A stretch of 63,983 nt of DNA, filler included, from an uncultured Myxococcia bacterium (GCA_964617105.1; 9 parts of 9 records of this genome joined end to end with filler, not necessarily neighbours in it), one strand, 5' to 3'. Counted from the first letter of the whole stretch, positions 17,730-28,849 are shown. Made by a program: numbers and translations. The notes: a model not told the origin generated them from the sequence alone.

Positions 17730-19190
17730 TTAAAAAATTCGCCCAATCCAGCGAGCAACACCTCTGTATAAAATCACCATTTTAGAAATTAAAAAACAGT
17801 AGGTAAATTTCAAACAAACCCTGAGGTCCAGATAGGGATTTTTGGTCCGGCCTATATGGGAAACAAAGAGGACATTTTCCGCCACTGATACCGGGCATCC
17901 AGGGACCCTAATCACCGTTTTGCCCCAATTGGCAATCATTATAATAAGGTATTTGATAATTTTGGAGATCAACCCCTGGCTTTTGACACAATGAGGATCT
18001 TTTTGATCTCTGGGAGTATACTGGCAAGCGATATCCACAGATTCGCCAGCGATTTCTCCTTTATACTTGGCACAATCTCCCATAAACAGAACTCGCTCCT
18101 GACCTTTGACTTTAATCTCCCGGTCGCTGAGATCGCCAAAAGCGATATGCATGGGACGAACCTCTTGATATACCCTGGGTTGCATGGCCTCTATTATCTG
18201 CACCCCTTCAAACAGGGCTCCAGTGCAACCACCCCAGCAATAGTTATATTGTTCCGGTTCAGGAGGCGGGCCAGCTGAAACGGTAATATTGCTAGAAGGT
18301 TTATTAAAAATATCCTCCACCGTGCCCAGAGTCAATTCAAAACCTTTAGTCCTTTTCATCGCCTCATCTAGACTGACATCACCGGAGATCTCAATCTGAT
18401 CCAGATCGATTGGACCCATTCCACGTTGAGCGCACAGGTCGATATGGTCCACCTGTTTCGGCTCCAGCCCGGCAATCTTGGTGCATACAGCATCTACCGC
18501 TACTGAGTTGGTACCCATAATAATAAGACCTAGTTTAAAGGGCACCGGGGTAAGCATGGTTTTTTGCCCGGCAGTAATAGCGTCAACCGCAATAAAACCT
18601 GGAGTGACGACCTGCTGTAGATCAGCAATTTTCATCTCCAACTTATAGTCATGATCTATGAGTCGGTGTTTGTCATCCTGGATGCCGATTAAATTTTTCA
18701 GCGAAAACGTCACCTTGGTCCAGGGATGAGCTTTAAACTTGGGAGCACTTATAAAAAACGCATTATCCACCACCGGTTTTGGCACATAAATAAAAGGGCG
18801 CAAAGCCGGAGGTGAATCCAGGCTGACTTTTACTTGCTCAACCTCTTCAAAGTAGCAGGGCTCTACTTGATGCCGTTTTAAAACCGGATAGTAACCAGCC
18901 TCCAAAAAGGAGTAGCGAGTAGGAATGGTTATTCCACACCGCTCACCAAGGGTAATCTTATCCAGCAACTGCCTACCACGCTGCTTAATGGCGACAAACA
19001 ATCCTTCTAAAAACTCCGGCCTGGTAAAAGCATGGGGATAATAACGCTGGTGGGCAATAACCGTATTGGGTTTAACCAACGTATGGCCCCAGGGCAGTAC
19101 ATCCAACTCCTCCATACCTTTATATATAATAACCGAAATTTTATAGGGATCATAAGCCTGACAATTTTTAATAAGAACTTTAGGTTTCAT
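17730..19190 (-). CDS. DUF362 domain protein (probable Fe-S)
   Basis: LVKPN, PKFKAH, TFSLKNLIG, AVDAV; CWGGC and VPGCP cysteine motifs. Confidence 0.85.
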   Translation of the reverse strand: MKPKVLIKNCQAYDPYKISVIIYKGMEELDVLPWGHTLVKPNTVIAHQRYYPHAFTRPEFLEGLFVAIKQRGRQLLDKITLGERCGITIPTRYSFLEAGYYPVLKRHQVEPCYFEEVEQVKVSLDSPPALRPFIYVPKPVVDNAFFISAPKFKAHPWTKVTFSLKNLIGIQDDKHRLIDHDYKLEMKIADLQQVVTPGFIAVDAITAGQKTMLTPVPFKLGLIIMGTNSVAVDAVCTKIAGLEPKQVDHIDLCAQRGMGPIDLDQIEISGDVSLDEAMKRTKGFELTLGTVEDIFNKPSSNITVSAGPPPEPEQYNYCWGGCTGALFEGVQIIEAMQPRVYQEVRPMHIAFGDLSDREIKVKGQERVLFMGDCAKYKGEIAGESVDIACQYTPRDQKDPHCVKSQGLISKIIKYLIIMIANWGKTVIRVPGCPVSVAENVLFVSHIGRTKNPYLDLRVCLKFTYCFLISKMVILYRGVARWIGRIF

Positions 19191-19232
19191 AATTATTGTT
19201 TTGTAATCGCAAAAATTGGAGGCACAGATGGC

Positions 19233-19658
19233 TCAGTTCTTCTTTTTGGATTTGGATTTGGATTTGATATACTTTTGATACCAATTGGTTGAGGGTAATG
19301 ATTCAGACAGGTTCAGGTAATAAAATTTTCCATCCATAAAAGAGATAAATATCCCTACACCCCGTTCCACGAACTCCAATTTATAAAACCCATGCATTAT
19401 CTCTCCCACCCGGTAGGTTTTTACCGATGAATTTTTGCTCCCGCCAATTTTTATCACAATGCAGGAGTCAGATAATTTTTCTGCGACAATGGTACCCACA
19501 ATTTTATAATTGTTAGCCACTTCTGCAGGTATCTTGGCAATCGGTTTGATAACAATATTGCCCATAGAGGGGGGCTTTTTCTTTTCCTGGGCTATGGATA
19601 AAAAAGAGAAGGTGATTAGAAACAATAAAATAACCGAGAAGAATAAGATTTTTTTCAT
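19233..19658 (-). CDS. Exported protein with GspC/PilP-like beta domain
   Basis: Signal peptide; YKIVGTIV..IVIK..YRVGE pattern like the T2SS C homology region. Confidence 0.45.
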   Translation of the reverse strand: MKKILFFSVILLFLITFSFLSIAQEKKKPPSMGNIVIKPIAKIPAEVANNYKIVGTIVAEKLSDSCIVIKIGGSKNSSVKTYRVGEIMHGFYKLEFVERGVGIFISFMDGKFYYLNLSESLPSTNWYQKYIKSKSKSKKKN

Positions 19659-19760
19659 GGTAAATCGGATAAAAATAAATTGTTTGTAGTATTCCCAGAT
19701 AGATATTTTTAATTATATCATAAAATAGACCTTTTAAAAATTAAAATTAAGAACGAATAT

Positions 19761-19802
19761 AATTCCCGGGATTTCAATCCCTGGTTATTTACTTCCGCTT
19801 TT
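19761..19802. repeat. 42-bp dispersed intergenic repeat, copy 2
   Basis: AATTCCCGGGATTTCAATCCCTGGTTATTTACTTCCGCTTTT. Confidence 0.85.
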
Positions 19803-21085
19803 TAATGCCGGTTTGACACCGCAGTTTTTACCAACTTATCCTCCCACAGACGCCGTCTTTCTAACCATTTTTGATAATTATCGCCTTTTCCATTTAAAAA
19901 ATAATTGCCCTGGTTATCTATGCAAGAAACCATTAAATTGACTCCATCCTTAGAGGCGGGCTCTATCTTTTCACCTGCCACCAGTAAGGCGAGAACATCA
20001 ACCACCCTCTGAGGCTTAACATATTCTCCGCACAACAGGGTGGGATTGGAATCGCAAAGGCTGCTGTGTCCACAAGGGTAGCAGGTTAACTCCGGAGCCA
20101 GTATAACATGACCGTGACCATAGGGCCCCATTTGCGTTGGTGATGCCGGCCCCTGGGCTATCTCTAATATAGCGGGCCCAGATGGTAAAATGGCAGCCAG
20201 GTGTTTAATGGCAGTATCAGGGGTAATTAAAACCTGGAATTTTTCCAATATAACGGCGGTCACAGCCAAATCCTGACAAATAACCACGGTATTACTCTGG
20301 GTTCGGGAAATCTCTTCCAACTGATGCTGTTCCCAGGGAGCCCCTAAAAGAGCCAGCAAAGCGTCAGGATATTTTTTCTTTACCAGTTTTAACAGAGAAA
20401 CTATAGATTTTTGCGGCCAATTCTTTTTGGGATCGCTACTAAAAACTTGCAGGCCCAGCAAGGGGGAGTGATTGGCAAAGCCGCACTCTATCATTATCTG
20501 GTTCGCCCGCTGTCGGGCAGTGGTTGATATCTCCACCGCTCCATCCATCTCTATCCTTTCCAGTCCCAAGGCATTTTTATAGATATCCAGGTAATGAAAA
20601 ACATTTTCAACCGGATGGTTACCCAACTGGTTCAAATAGATAAACCATTTGTTGTAGATACCCTTTTTCCCGCTGGAGTTAATGGATAATCCCAAATAGT
20701 GGCGGGGAGCCAGCATGGAGAGTAAATGCCCACTGAGTAAATTGTTGGTCAGGTTAACTGCCAGGTTGACTGGCTCTCCCACTAAACTTTTTAGTTGGGT
20801 CAAGCGGGTTTTGAGTAAAGAGTGAATCTCCAGGCAATTGTATTGACCGCTACGGTATAACTCTTGTAATTCCCTACGGGGAAAAGTGAGCATGTTGATA
20901 AAAGATGGAGATATGTGCTTAACCTGGCTGAATTGGTCATTGATTAATAGGTGCAATTTTGATTCAGATCTACGATTAAAAAGAGTGGACAGAAGAGGAA
21001 GGCAACTGATAATGTCGCCCAGGCGCAAGAGATGAACAAAAATTACATTGTCCTTAGGCAAATTATGATCCATATTTGGGGTCAT
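19802..21085 (-). CDS. Glycosyltransferase family 9 (heptosyltransferase-like)
   Basis: RLGDII, KNWP, LITPDTAIKHLAA, CYPC. Confidence 0.88.
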   Translation of the reverse strand: MTPNMDHNLPKDNVIFVHLLRLGDIISCLPLLSTLFNRRSESKLHLLINDQFSQVKHISPSFINMLTFPRRELQELYRSGQYNCLEIHSLLKTRLTQLKSLVGEPVNLAVNLTNNLLSGHLLSMLAPRHYLGLSINSSGKKGIYNKWFIYLNQLGNHPVENVFHYLDIYKNALGLERIEMDGAVEISTTARQRANQIMIECGFANHSPLLGLQVFSSDPKKNWPQKSIVSLLKLVKKKYPDALLALLGAPWEQHQLEEISRTQSNTVVICQDLAVTAVILEKFQVLITPDTAIKHLAAILPSGPAILEIAQGPASPTQMGPYGHGHVILAPELTCYPCGHSSLCDSNPTLLCGEYVKPQRVVDVLALLVAGEKIEPASKDGVNLMVSCIDNQGNYFLNGKGDNYQKWLERRRLWEDKLVKTAVSNRH

Positions 21086-21254
21086 TGGCAGAAAAATTTT
21101 ATTTTATAAATAACACGGCTATATTGTATAGCAAAGATAGGGATAATAAAAGGAGAAAGATTTGCCGGTTGTAAATTGCCGCTAAATAGGGTATCATTAG
21201 TGGCCATCCTGACCACATGGCTCTTTACCTCAATTGTTGCCTACAGGTTTATTT

Positions 21255-22025
21255 ATGTCGGACAGTAAAAATATAAAACGGGCAATTGTCCTTTTAAGCG
21301 GCGGTCTTGATTCAGCCACTGTCCTGTCTATAGCCCTGGACAGAGGATTTGAAACTTATGCCATCTCATTTGACTATGAGCAAAGACATAAATTTGAGTT
21401 GAAAATGGCTAAAAAACTGGCCATCAGTATGGCTGTAAAACGTCATTTTCTGGTCAAGTTTGATTTGCGGCAAATTGGGGGCAGCGCTCTGACCTCGGAG
21501 ATCGCTGTTCCTCATGGAGAAGGAAAACATGACCAGGAAGAAATCCCGGTCACCTATGTGCCGGCCAGAAATACCATTTTTCTCTCCTTCGCCCTGGGCT
21601 GGGCTGAAGTGCTGGCTGCTTCCCATATATTTATCGGCGTAAATGCAGTAGATTACAGTGGGTACCCAGACTGCCGGCCCCAATATATCGAAGCCTTCCA
21701 GCAAATGGCAAATTTGGCAACCAAACGGCAAATCAAGGGTGAACCATTACTGGTGGATGCACCTTTGTTAAATATGAGCAAAGCAGAAATTATCTCTCTG
21801 GGATTAAAATTGGGGGTCGATTACTCCCTGACCCACAGTTGCTATAACCCCACTACAGAGGGTGTTTCCTGCGGGCAATGCGATTCATGTTTTCTGCGAT
21901 TAAACGGGTTCAGAGAAGCTGGATTTGAGGACCCATTACCATATATTAACCAAGATTACTGTCCTGGACAAATTTCCCCCTCTTACCGTAAATTCGGGGC
22001 AAAGGAGAGAGAGCAAAACCGATGA
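21255..22025 (+). CDS. queC: 7-cyano-7-deazaguanine synthase
   Basis: [33 protein letters not shown] at 21255 preferred. Confidence 0.97.
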   Translation: MSDSKNIKRAIVLLSGGLDSATVLSIALDRGFETYAISFDYEQRHKFELKMAKKLAISMAVKRHFLVKFDLRQIGGSALTSEIAVPHGEGKHDQEEIPVTYVPARNTIFLSFALGWAEVLAASHIFIGVNAVDYSGYPDCRPQYIEAFQQMANLATKRQIKGEPLLVDAPLLNMSKAEIISLGLKLGVDYSLTHSCYNPTTEGVSCGQCDSCFLRLNGFREAGFEDPLPYINQDYCPGQISPSYRKFGAKEREQNR

Positions 22026-22026
22026 A

Positions 22027-22126
22027 NNNNNNNNNNNNNNNNNNNNNNNNNNNNNNNNNNNNNNNNNNNNTTAATTAATTAANNNNNNNNNNNNNNNNNN
22101 NNNNNNNNNNNNNNNNNNNNNNNNNN
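22027..22126. other. Artificial contig spacer
   Basis: N44-TTAATTAATTAA-N44. Confidence 0.99.
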
Positions 22127-22399
22127 CGCTTCTTTCAAGGGATAGGTGGCGCCGATTTGGGCTTGATAATAGACTATTCCGGATAGCACCAACTCATTTT
22201 CCGCTGTAGCAGTTTCAGCCTTTTCCAGCCCGTCTCTCCCTTCGGCAGAGTCCTGGGCAGTATTTCCATCTCCCTGGTTCAGTGAGCCATTGATATTGGA
22301 TGATTTAGCACTGTCTCCGCACCCTCCGAATAGGATTAGAAATAAACAGATAAACGGTAAAATCAATATTGATTTCATTCGGTTAGCATGGTTTCTCAT
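22127..22399 (-). CDS. Lipoprotein (3'-partial)
   Basis: Signal peptide with lipobox FGGC and polar linker; AG-rich RBS upstream. Confidence 0.65.
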
Positions 22400-22564
22400 A
22401 ATCTTCCCTCATTGGAAATTGAAAAATGGTTACTAAAAAACGGATATTGGTATGATATTACCATATTTAGTTTATTAATGGAACGAAGCAGTTAAGTTTT
22501 TTGATACTTTTGCCGCTAATAGTTTTGGTTTGATAAAAAGGTAAATTCTGATATTTTGTAAAGG

Positions 22565-24448
22565 ATGAGTAGAAAAAAACCAATAATCGAGCCGCGCATC
22601 GACCTTAAGGTTGGTTTTGACTGTAATAACCAGTGCCTGTTTTGTGTACAGGGCGACAAAAGGGAGAGGATTAAGCCCCGCAGCGGCCAGAAACTGGTGG
22701 AGATCCTGCGGCAAAATGCCGGCAAGGTTAAAGCGGTGGTTTTTACCGGCGGCGAACCCACCATACGCAACGATATTGTCAGCCTGGTTAAACTGGCCAA
22801 ATCTTTGGGGTACACAACCATCCAAATTCAAACCAATGGAAGGCGTTTTTGCTATCTCCCCTTTGTTAAAGCCATAAAAGAGGCCGGCGTCACTGAAATT
22901 TCACCGGCTCTACACGGCTCTACCGCAGAAATTCACGACCAATTGACCCTGGCGGCAGGCTCTTTTGAACAAACTGTGGCTGGAATCAAAAACGGAATAA
23001 AGATGGGTCTAAAGGTAATAACCAACAGCGTGGTGGTAAAAGGAAACCTGACTGACCTGCCAAAATTGGCCAAATTGCTGGTGGCCTTAAAAGTCGATCA
23101 ACTGCAGTTCGCCTTTGTCCATCCACTAGGAACGGCGAGAAAACTCTTTGATCAGGTGGTGCCTCGTTTCAGCCAGGCTCGCCCCTTTTTGCATAAGGCT
23201 CTGGATATTACCAGGGCAGCCGGGATATTAACCTATACCGAAGCGGTTCCTTACTGTTTTATGTCTGATTACGAAGAGCATGTGGTAGAGGAAGTAATAC
23301 CTGATACCAGGGTAATAGACAAGCCCACAATCATTGACGATTATACCCAATACCGGCTAAATCAGGGGAAAGTAAAAACCGAGAAATGCGGGCAATGCAA
23401 GTGGAATCAAAAATGCGAAGGACCCTGGCGGGAATATCCGGAACACTACGGGTGGGATGAATTTGTGCCAATCGAGGAGACTTTTCAGACCCCTGATTGT
23501 GATCTTTGCTCCTTTCAATATTTTTGCAACGGCTATCCCAGGTCATTTTCAGACATTCAGGAGACAAAACCAACTCCCATTACCACCCCCATAGAAAACT
23601 GTCTGGTAGGGAATAAAGTATCTTTGAACCATCCTGAACTCATACTTCGGGAATCGAATTTACTGTTAAAAGTTGATGAACAAATTTTCCGGCTGCCCGC
23701 ACATCCTCTTTTTACTAATCAAAAGGTGAGGGATATCATTCAAAAAGGACAGGTCTACTTAAAAAACCAACCCGGACCAGTGAAAAATTTTCAAACTGAC
23801 CTGCAGCGTTTAACCATTCAATTAACTCCAGCCCAGGAGAACACCTTTGAGTTGGAAGAGACCATACTCATTAGAGAGTTAAAAAAAATAAAAGGCCCTA
23901 TACTGGATGTGGGTTCAGGAGATCCCTTTTACCTGCCCCTGTTTAAAGAAAAGGTAGCATCAGGAGATATCCAAAATCATGCTGTGGAGCCTGATCTGGA
24001 AAAATGCCAACAACTAAAAGATGCTGAGCCAAATTTCCAGGTTAATTGTCTCGATTTTGAACAGAGTGAATATCCAAAAGAGTTCTTTAACTTTATCCTG
24101 GTCTTACGCTCCTGGAACCATTTCAATAATATCCATCAGGCCATAAAACTGTTTAAAAAATACCTAAAGCCAGATGGAACTCTGCTAGTTGTGGATAATA
24201 TTCCTTTTATTCTTTTAGAAGCAAAGCCGGAAACAGATGATTACCTGCCGGCAAATTCGATTGATGACGAAAATCTGGAGAGGTTTCGGTCAGCAAAGCA
24301 CGGCACCCAAAAGGGTCCGGAGCACTTTCGTAATCACCATCTAAAAACCGCCAAACGACTACTGGAAAGGTACGGTTTTAAAGTACAACCATTTTATGAA
24401 GTTGGTTTCTCTACAGCAAACCAATGGTTTTTACAGGCCAGGAAGTAG
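22565..24448 (+). CDS. Radical SAM protein (HxsC-like) fused to a class I SAM methyltransferase
   Basis: CNNQCLFC, FTGGEPT, IQTNGR, CGQC..CEG; second CDLC..CNG; ILDVGSG, LRSWNH, LKPDG. Confidence 0.85.
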   Translation: MSRKKPIIEPRIDLKVGFDCNNQCLFCVQGDKRERIKPRSGQKLVEILRQNAGKVKAVVFTGGEPTIRNDIVSLVKLAKSLGYTTIQIQTNGRRFCYLPFVKAIKEAGVTEISPALHGSTAEIHDQLTLAAGSFEQTVAGIKNGIKMGLKVITNSVVVKGNLTDLPKLAKLLVALKVDQLQFAFVHPLGTARKLFDQVVPRFSQARPFLHKALDITRAAGILTYTEAVPYCFMSDYEEHVVEEVIPDTRVIDKPTIIDDYTQYRLNQGKVKTEKCGQCKWNQKCEGPWREYPEHYGWDEFVPIEETFQTPDCDLCSFQYFCNGYPRSFSDIQETKPTPITTPIENCLVGNKVSLNHPELILRESNLLLKVDEQIFRLPAHPLFTNQKVRDIIQKGQVYLKNQPGPVKNFQTDLQRLTIQLTPAQENTFELEETILIRELKKIKGPILDVGSGDPFYLPLFKEKVASGDIQNHAVEPDLEKCQQLKDAEPNFQVNCLDFEQSEYPKEFFNFILVLRSWNHFNNIHQAIKLFKKYLKPDGTLLVVDNIPFILLEAKPETDDYLPANSIDDENLERFRSAKHGTQKGPEHFRNHHLKTAKRLLERYGFKVQPFYEVGFSTANQWFLQARK

Positions 24449-24594
24449 CGTAACCGAATACACCGGCACTTTCCAAGTTTCCGTGAGACACCAAAAAACC
24501 GGCTCCATACTCCGATGGTCGCTCAAGGACCCAATTTCTTGATTAATTTTGAGAAAGATATATAATATGGCTATAACTGAAAGGGAGATAACAC

Positions 24595-26688
24595 ATGCGG
24601 ATTTTTCTGATTTTTCTTTACATATTTATTTACATGTTTTCAGGATGTGGGGAAGATACCCCTATGGGATCCGATAACCAGGGCAACGAAGGAAAAAAAG
24701 ACCCTTTTCTTTATCACCTGGCCTTTACCAGCCCTAAAACCAATGAATGGGTCAATCAGGACAGAATTCAAGTAAAGGGCACAATATCAGCCTCATCCCC
24801 GGGAGATCCTTGTTCCTTTTCCTTTGATTCCAGTGAATGCGGCGAAATCCTTGTTAACAATATCAAGGCCGAACTAACCTCATCAGGAGAATTTTCCCTG
24901 TGGGTTCCCCTTAAAGAGGGGGAAAACGAACTAATAGGCACCCATACATCGGGGGCAAAATCCAAGATCACGGTTATGTGTGATACACTGGTACCCAAGG
25001 TGAGCATCCAGACACCAGCAAAAGCCAGTATTTTTTCAAAACCCGAGATTTCAACCTCCTTTGGTTTTGAAGTCTCTGAGGAAAATGGACTGCAGCAAAT
25101 CCTCTCCTGTGACAAAAAAGTGACCAACCATGGAGATGGAGGGCAGTTTTCCGAAACTGTTCAGTTAAAAGAAGGGCTAAACGTTTTAACCGCCAAGGCT
25201 ACTGATTTAGCTGGAAACAGTGCGGAAAAACACGTTTCTGTCCTGTATGGCGAATTTCAACCTCCTAAATTATTCCAATCCGAGGCCATTGTTTTCAAGT
25301 TTGGCTCAAGTGCCATTGACACTCTGGGCAATGAAGTTACCGACTATTTCGACCAGGTGGATTTAACCCCCTTGGCCAAAGATATGAACCCGGTTTATAC
25401 TTCTTTGATTGTCGATGTTTATATCGAAGGGATCAAACACCGCCAACAAAGCCATCTTGCCCTTGTTCCAACAGAAAAAAAATTAGCGATTCACATAACT
25501 CTGTACGATATTGTGACCAACTTGAGACTGCAGATGGGAACCAGTGTAACGGCAAAAGCCACGGCCAAATCCATTGATATCAAGGGAAACCTATATTTGG
25601 ATATCAACCAGGCAAAGGAGATCTCCAGCAATATGGATGATGTCATCGTTACCATCCAAGATTTGGAATTGGACCTGGCCTCAACTGATATCAGCAATAT
25701 ATTGGAAAATGTGCCGTATCTGAATACCACGCTCAATAGCACTTTGGAAACACTGGTGGAAGACACCATCAAAGATGTGCTGCCAACAAAAATGGTGGAA
25801 TTATTAAACAGTTTAAAAACAGATCATAAACTCAGCCTGCTAGACAGCCCCTTTACCTACCGGGTAGAGACAGACTCAATCAAAATAGACGAAACCGGTA
25901 TTCTCCTTGGCCTATCCGCGGGTTTTGTGGCAGAGAAGCCTGTTCACGGCGGCCAATTACCGGGCTATTTATTTCTGCCAGACCAGGAGGAGAGCATCCC
26001 CCTGCAAGAAGAGTTGGTCATGAAGGTAAAGCGAAATTTTCTCAACCAGATATTTTACGAATTTTGGCGTTCGGGCCTACTGGAGTTGGCCATAGACCAA
26101 AAGTTTTTAGATGACAATAAAATTGAAACCGAGTTGGTAGCAGGTTTTTTGGGTTCGCTACTCGACTATCTTCCCCAAAAAATTGATCCGGAAACCCCCA
26201 TTGCCCTGTCCACCACAGCCAAACTCCCTCCGATAATACAATTTGAGAATATGAACACCGACCTAAAAGATGAAAAAGATACCGCAGTTGGTAACATCCA
26301 GTTGGAGGTGGGAGGATTTCGGCTGGGTATATCCACGAAAACGAATTATGATATTCTAATCGCTGACATTACCACCATTATCAATCTATCCATCATCTCC
26401 CTGGACACAAGCCAAGGTGGCAGCAGCAACCTCAAGGTGAGGCCCAATAGAATGTCCTGGTACTTCGATGTGGTAAACAAAGAACTGGCAAACCGGGGTG
26501 ACACTTTTTTGGAACCCCTGGTGCGCTTGTTTCTCAATGGGCTCAACATCACTTTACAACAGATGATATATGAAATAGCCTTCCCTTTCTTTGACGAATT
26601 CAGCCTAAAGAACATTGAGGTGAAGGCCTCGGAAACAGGGCAAGCCCTTATTATCAAAGGTGAGTTAGTGAAGATGGTCAAACAGTAG
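24595..26688 (+). CDS. Large lipoprotein with Ig-like repeats and possible LBP/BPI (TULIP)-like C-terminal region
   Basis: Lipobox FSGC; LKEGEN, LKEGLN..ATDLAGN Ig-like motifs; NFLNQIFYEFWRSG. Confidence 0.6.
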   Translation: MRIFLIFLYIFIYMFSGCGEDTPMGSDNQGNEGKKDPFLYHLAFTSPKTNEWVNQDRIQVKGTISASSPGDPCSFSFDSSECGEILVNNIKAELTSSGEFSLWVPLKEGENELIGTHTSGAKSKITVMCDTLVPKVSIQTPAKASIFSKPEISTSFGFEVSEENGLQQILSCDKKVTNHGDGGQFSETVQLKEGLNVLTAKATDLAGNSAEKHVSVLYGEFQPPKLFQSEAIVFKFGSSAIDTLGNEVTDYFDQVDLTPLAKDMNPVYTSLIVDVYIEGIKHRQQSHLALVPTEKKLAIHITLYDIVTNLRLQMGTSVTAKATAKSIDIKGNLYLDINQAKEISSNMDDVIVTIQDLELDLASTDISNILENVPYLNTTLNSTLETLVEDTIKDVLPTKMVELLNSLKTDHKLSLLDSPFTYRVETDSIKIDETGILLGLSAGFVAEKPVHGGQLPGYLFLPDQEESIPLQEELVMKVKRNFLNQIFYEFWRSGLLELAIDQKFLDDNKIETELVAGFLGSLLDYLPQKIDPETPIALSTTAKLPPIIQFENMNTDLKDEKDTAVGNIQLEVGGFRLGISTKTNYDILIADITTIINLSIISLDTSQGGSSNLKVRPNRMSWYFDVVNKELANRGDTFLEPLVRLFLNGLNITLQQMIYEIAFPFFDEFSLKNIEVKASETGQALIIKGELVKMVKQ

Positions 26689-26695
26689 GGGCTGT

Positions 26696-28849
26696 TTAAA
26701 AAGCATCGGGACCGACATCCAGCAGATAATCGCTGGTAAATGACAGTGGATACACAAAACCGGAAGGACGTTTATGTTGATTATCCTTAATCTCTTCGGG
26801 GGTCATGGTATCCACATTTTGCCAAAATTCTTCCACCACGCTGTTTTCCAGGGAAAGATCTTTTAGAAGTTTAAAGTCACTGACTGTGTTGCCGGTTAGT
26901 TTCGCTGCATGTTGGGGGCCGACCAGGTTTGCAAACACCCGCTCTCGGGCCTGGCTGGCCAATTTTTTGTCCAAAATGGCCAGGTTCATTTCTCCCTCAT
27001 ATAAAAACCCCCGGTTGTTGAAATTACAGGAGCCGACCAAAATATAAGTATCGTCAATTATGCGAAGTTTCGAGTGGACATCTATGTTGACAAAATAAAC
27101 CGGCTTCAGAGGCTCTGACGATGCCTCAGCCCCATTACTGTTTTCTGGAATTGGCCCAAGATATTCAAAAGTTTTCAACTGCAGCATTAAATAACGGTCA
27201 GGAACCTTTTCCTGAAATAGTTTATGGGCCTGGTAGGTATATTTTTTACCCCCGTCTTCCAATGCCACAGGTTTGGTAACCACAATGAGGTGCAGCCCGG
27301 GATTACGTTGCATAGCGTTGACGATTCTTTGATCCAGGAGGGGGGTCCGGAAATACTGGTCTTCAATGTAGATATAGGATTTGGCCTGGTCAATAGCTTT
27401 GCCCATGGTTTCCAGGATGGATACCTGGGCCAGGGGCTCGGGCATGGTCACTACCACCTGGGCGGGAATGGTTCCTGTAGGACCAGAATAGGGGATCAAG
27501 TTATAGGAGGAAGCAAATTCCGCATAAACAGCCTCGGTTTTCCGCCCAAGTTCCCAGCGTGTCTGGAGAACAGCATCCACATCGTTGGCACCCGGCCCTT
27601 CAAAGTATACACCATAATCCTTGCGCGGCCCCAGGTCGGGAAGTTGCTGTTTGGCTTTGACCTTTGCCCGCTCAGCATTGCTCGATTTAAATATCATACG
27701 CCTGGAATCAAATACCTGGTGGTCGTTGGTGTCCCAGTCGGTGCTCTTGATGTTCATGCCGCTGATAAAAGCGTGGCGGCCATCAATTGCCATGGCCTTT
27801 TGGTGATAAGAAGCCATCTCGTAATCGAGTAAGGGGAAGGATATTTTACCCGGGTAAAAAAAGAGCCAATCTTTGTAGGTTGGGTTGTTCTGCTTTATAC
27901 GGCCCGCAAAGTCCTGGGATCCTGGGCGCTTCTTATATTCCTCGGTCATGGAGACCAATGTAATGTTGGCTTGTTGCATCATCTCGATGTTAGAGTTTTT
28001 ATCCCGGGCATGGTCACGGATAGCTTTGTCCGAATTGAGATAGGAAACTCCCCCCGAAGTTTCTTTAAAAAACTGGGAAATCAATACTTTTGACTTTACC
28101 TCTGGTTTGCTCTCGAGCAAGTGGAGGATGGTATTCTTCTCCCGCTGAGCCGAAGTCATGGACTCGTGGCCTCCAGGGCGGGTCAATTCAAAATTAGACT
28201 GCCACCACCAGGTGGTGATACCAATTTGTTCTTTGGCCTGCTTTAAAATCTGGTCTACCTTTTGCCAAAAAGGTGCACCATTTAGGAAAAACTCTACCGT
28301 ATGATTTAGCCGGTGTGGAGGACCTGTGGCTGCGAACCAATGGTGGTCAAGACCTAAAAACAGGGCCAGCCTGGGGCAGGCATCTTTGGTTTTATCAGCG
28401 GACAAAACCGCCAGGGAAAAAATGGCAGTCTCGGCGGGATTAATTGAGTTGCAGATAATTACCTGGTCCGGCAGGGACAGGTCAGCAGTAAATTTGCAAG
28501 ATAAACTCAGATCAAAATGGTCCGGAGCCTGGACGGTAATTTGATAGTTACCTTTAACCAAATCAACCAAGACTTTGGAACTGGTATAGTCCCACTGTTT
28601 TTTTCGATCTTCCGGCAAAGGTGTCAGCAGAGTGATAGACCACTTCTTATCAAGGGGGCGTCCCCAGGTATCGAGTGGTACCAATTCCAACTGTAATTTT
28701 TCCCCGCATGATGCCGGGAAAAGAGGCTCGTCCCCTCCACCCGAAACCGAACCGCTGGAACCGGAACAGGCCAGCGTAAAACTAGCCCAGATAACCAGGA
28801 TGATTAAAAACACTCCTCGTTGTTTGAATTGGGTTAAGAGCTTATTCAT
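26696..28849 (-). CDS. Phospholipase D family lipoprotein
   Basis: Two HKD motifs (HQKAMAID, HSKLRIID), YIYIEDQYF; true start MNKLL at 28849 overlaps the upstream stop; lipobox TLAC. Confidence 0.9.
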   Translation of the reverse strand: MNKLLTQFKQRGVFLIILVIWASFTLACSGSSGSVSGGGDEPLFPASCGEKLQLELVPLDTWGRPLDKKWSITLLTPLPEDRKKQWDYTSSKVLVDLVKGNYQITVQAPDHFDLSLSCKFTADLSLPDQVIICNSINPAETAIFSLAVLSADKTKDACPRLALFLGLDHHWFAATGPPHRLNHTVEFFLNGAPFWQKVDQILKQAKEQIGITTWWWQSNFELTRPGGHESMTSAQREKNTILHLLESKPEVKSKVLISQFFKETSGGVSYLNSDKAIRDHARDKNSNIEMMQQANITLVSMTEEYKKRPGSQDFAGRIKQNNPTYKDWLFFYPGKISFPLLDYEMASYHQKAMAIDGRHAFISGMNIKSTDWDTNDHQVFDSRRMIFKSSNAERAKVKAKQQLPDLGPRKDYGVYFEGPGANDVDAVLQTRWELGRKTEAVYAEFASSYNLIPYSGPTGTIPAQVVVTMPEPLAQVSILETMGKAIDQAKSYIYIEDQYFRTPLLDQRIVNAMQRNPGLHLIVVTKPVALEDGGKKYTYQAHKLFQEKVPDRYLMLQLKTFEYLGPIPENSNGAEASSEPLKPVYFVNIDVHSKLRIIDDTYILVGSCNFNNRGFLYEGEMNLAILDKKLASQARERVFANLVGPQHAAKLTGNTVSDFKLLKDLSLENSVVEEFWQNVDTMTPEEIKDNQHKRPSGFVYPLSFTSDYLLDVGPDAF

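Noticed and set aside
16753-19802. 42-bp repeat with ATTGAAA on the minus strand as a CRISPR repeat
   Set aside because: Only two copies, 3 kb apart with genes between; no spacers or cas genes
27224-27832. 202-aa plus-strand ORF and other long antisense ORFs
   Set aside because: Fully antisense to well-supported genes; no motifs
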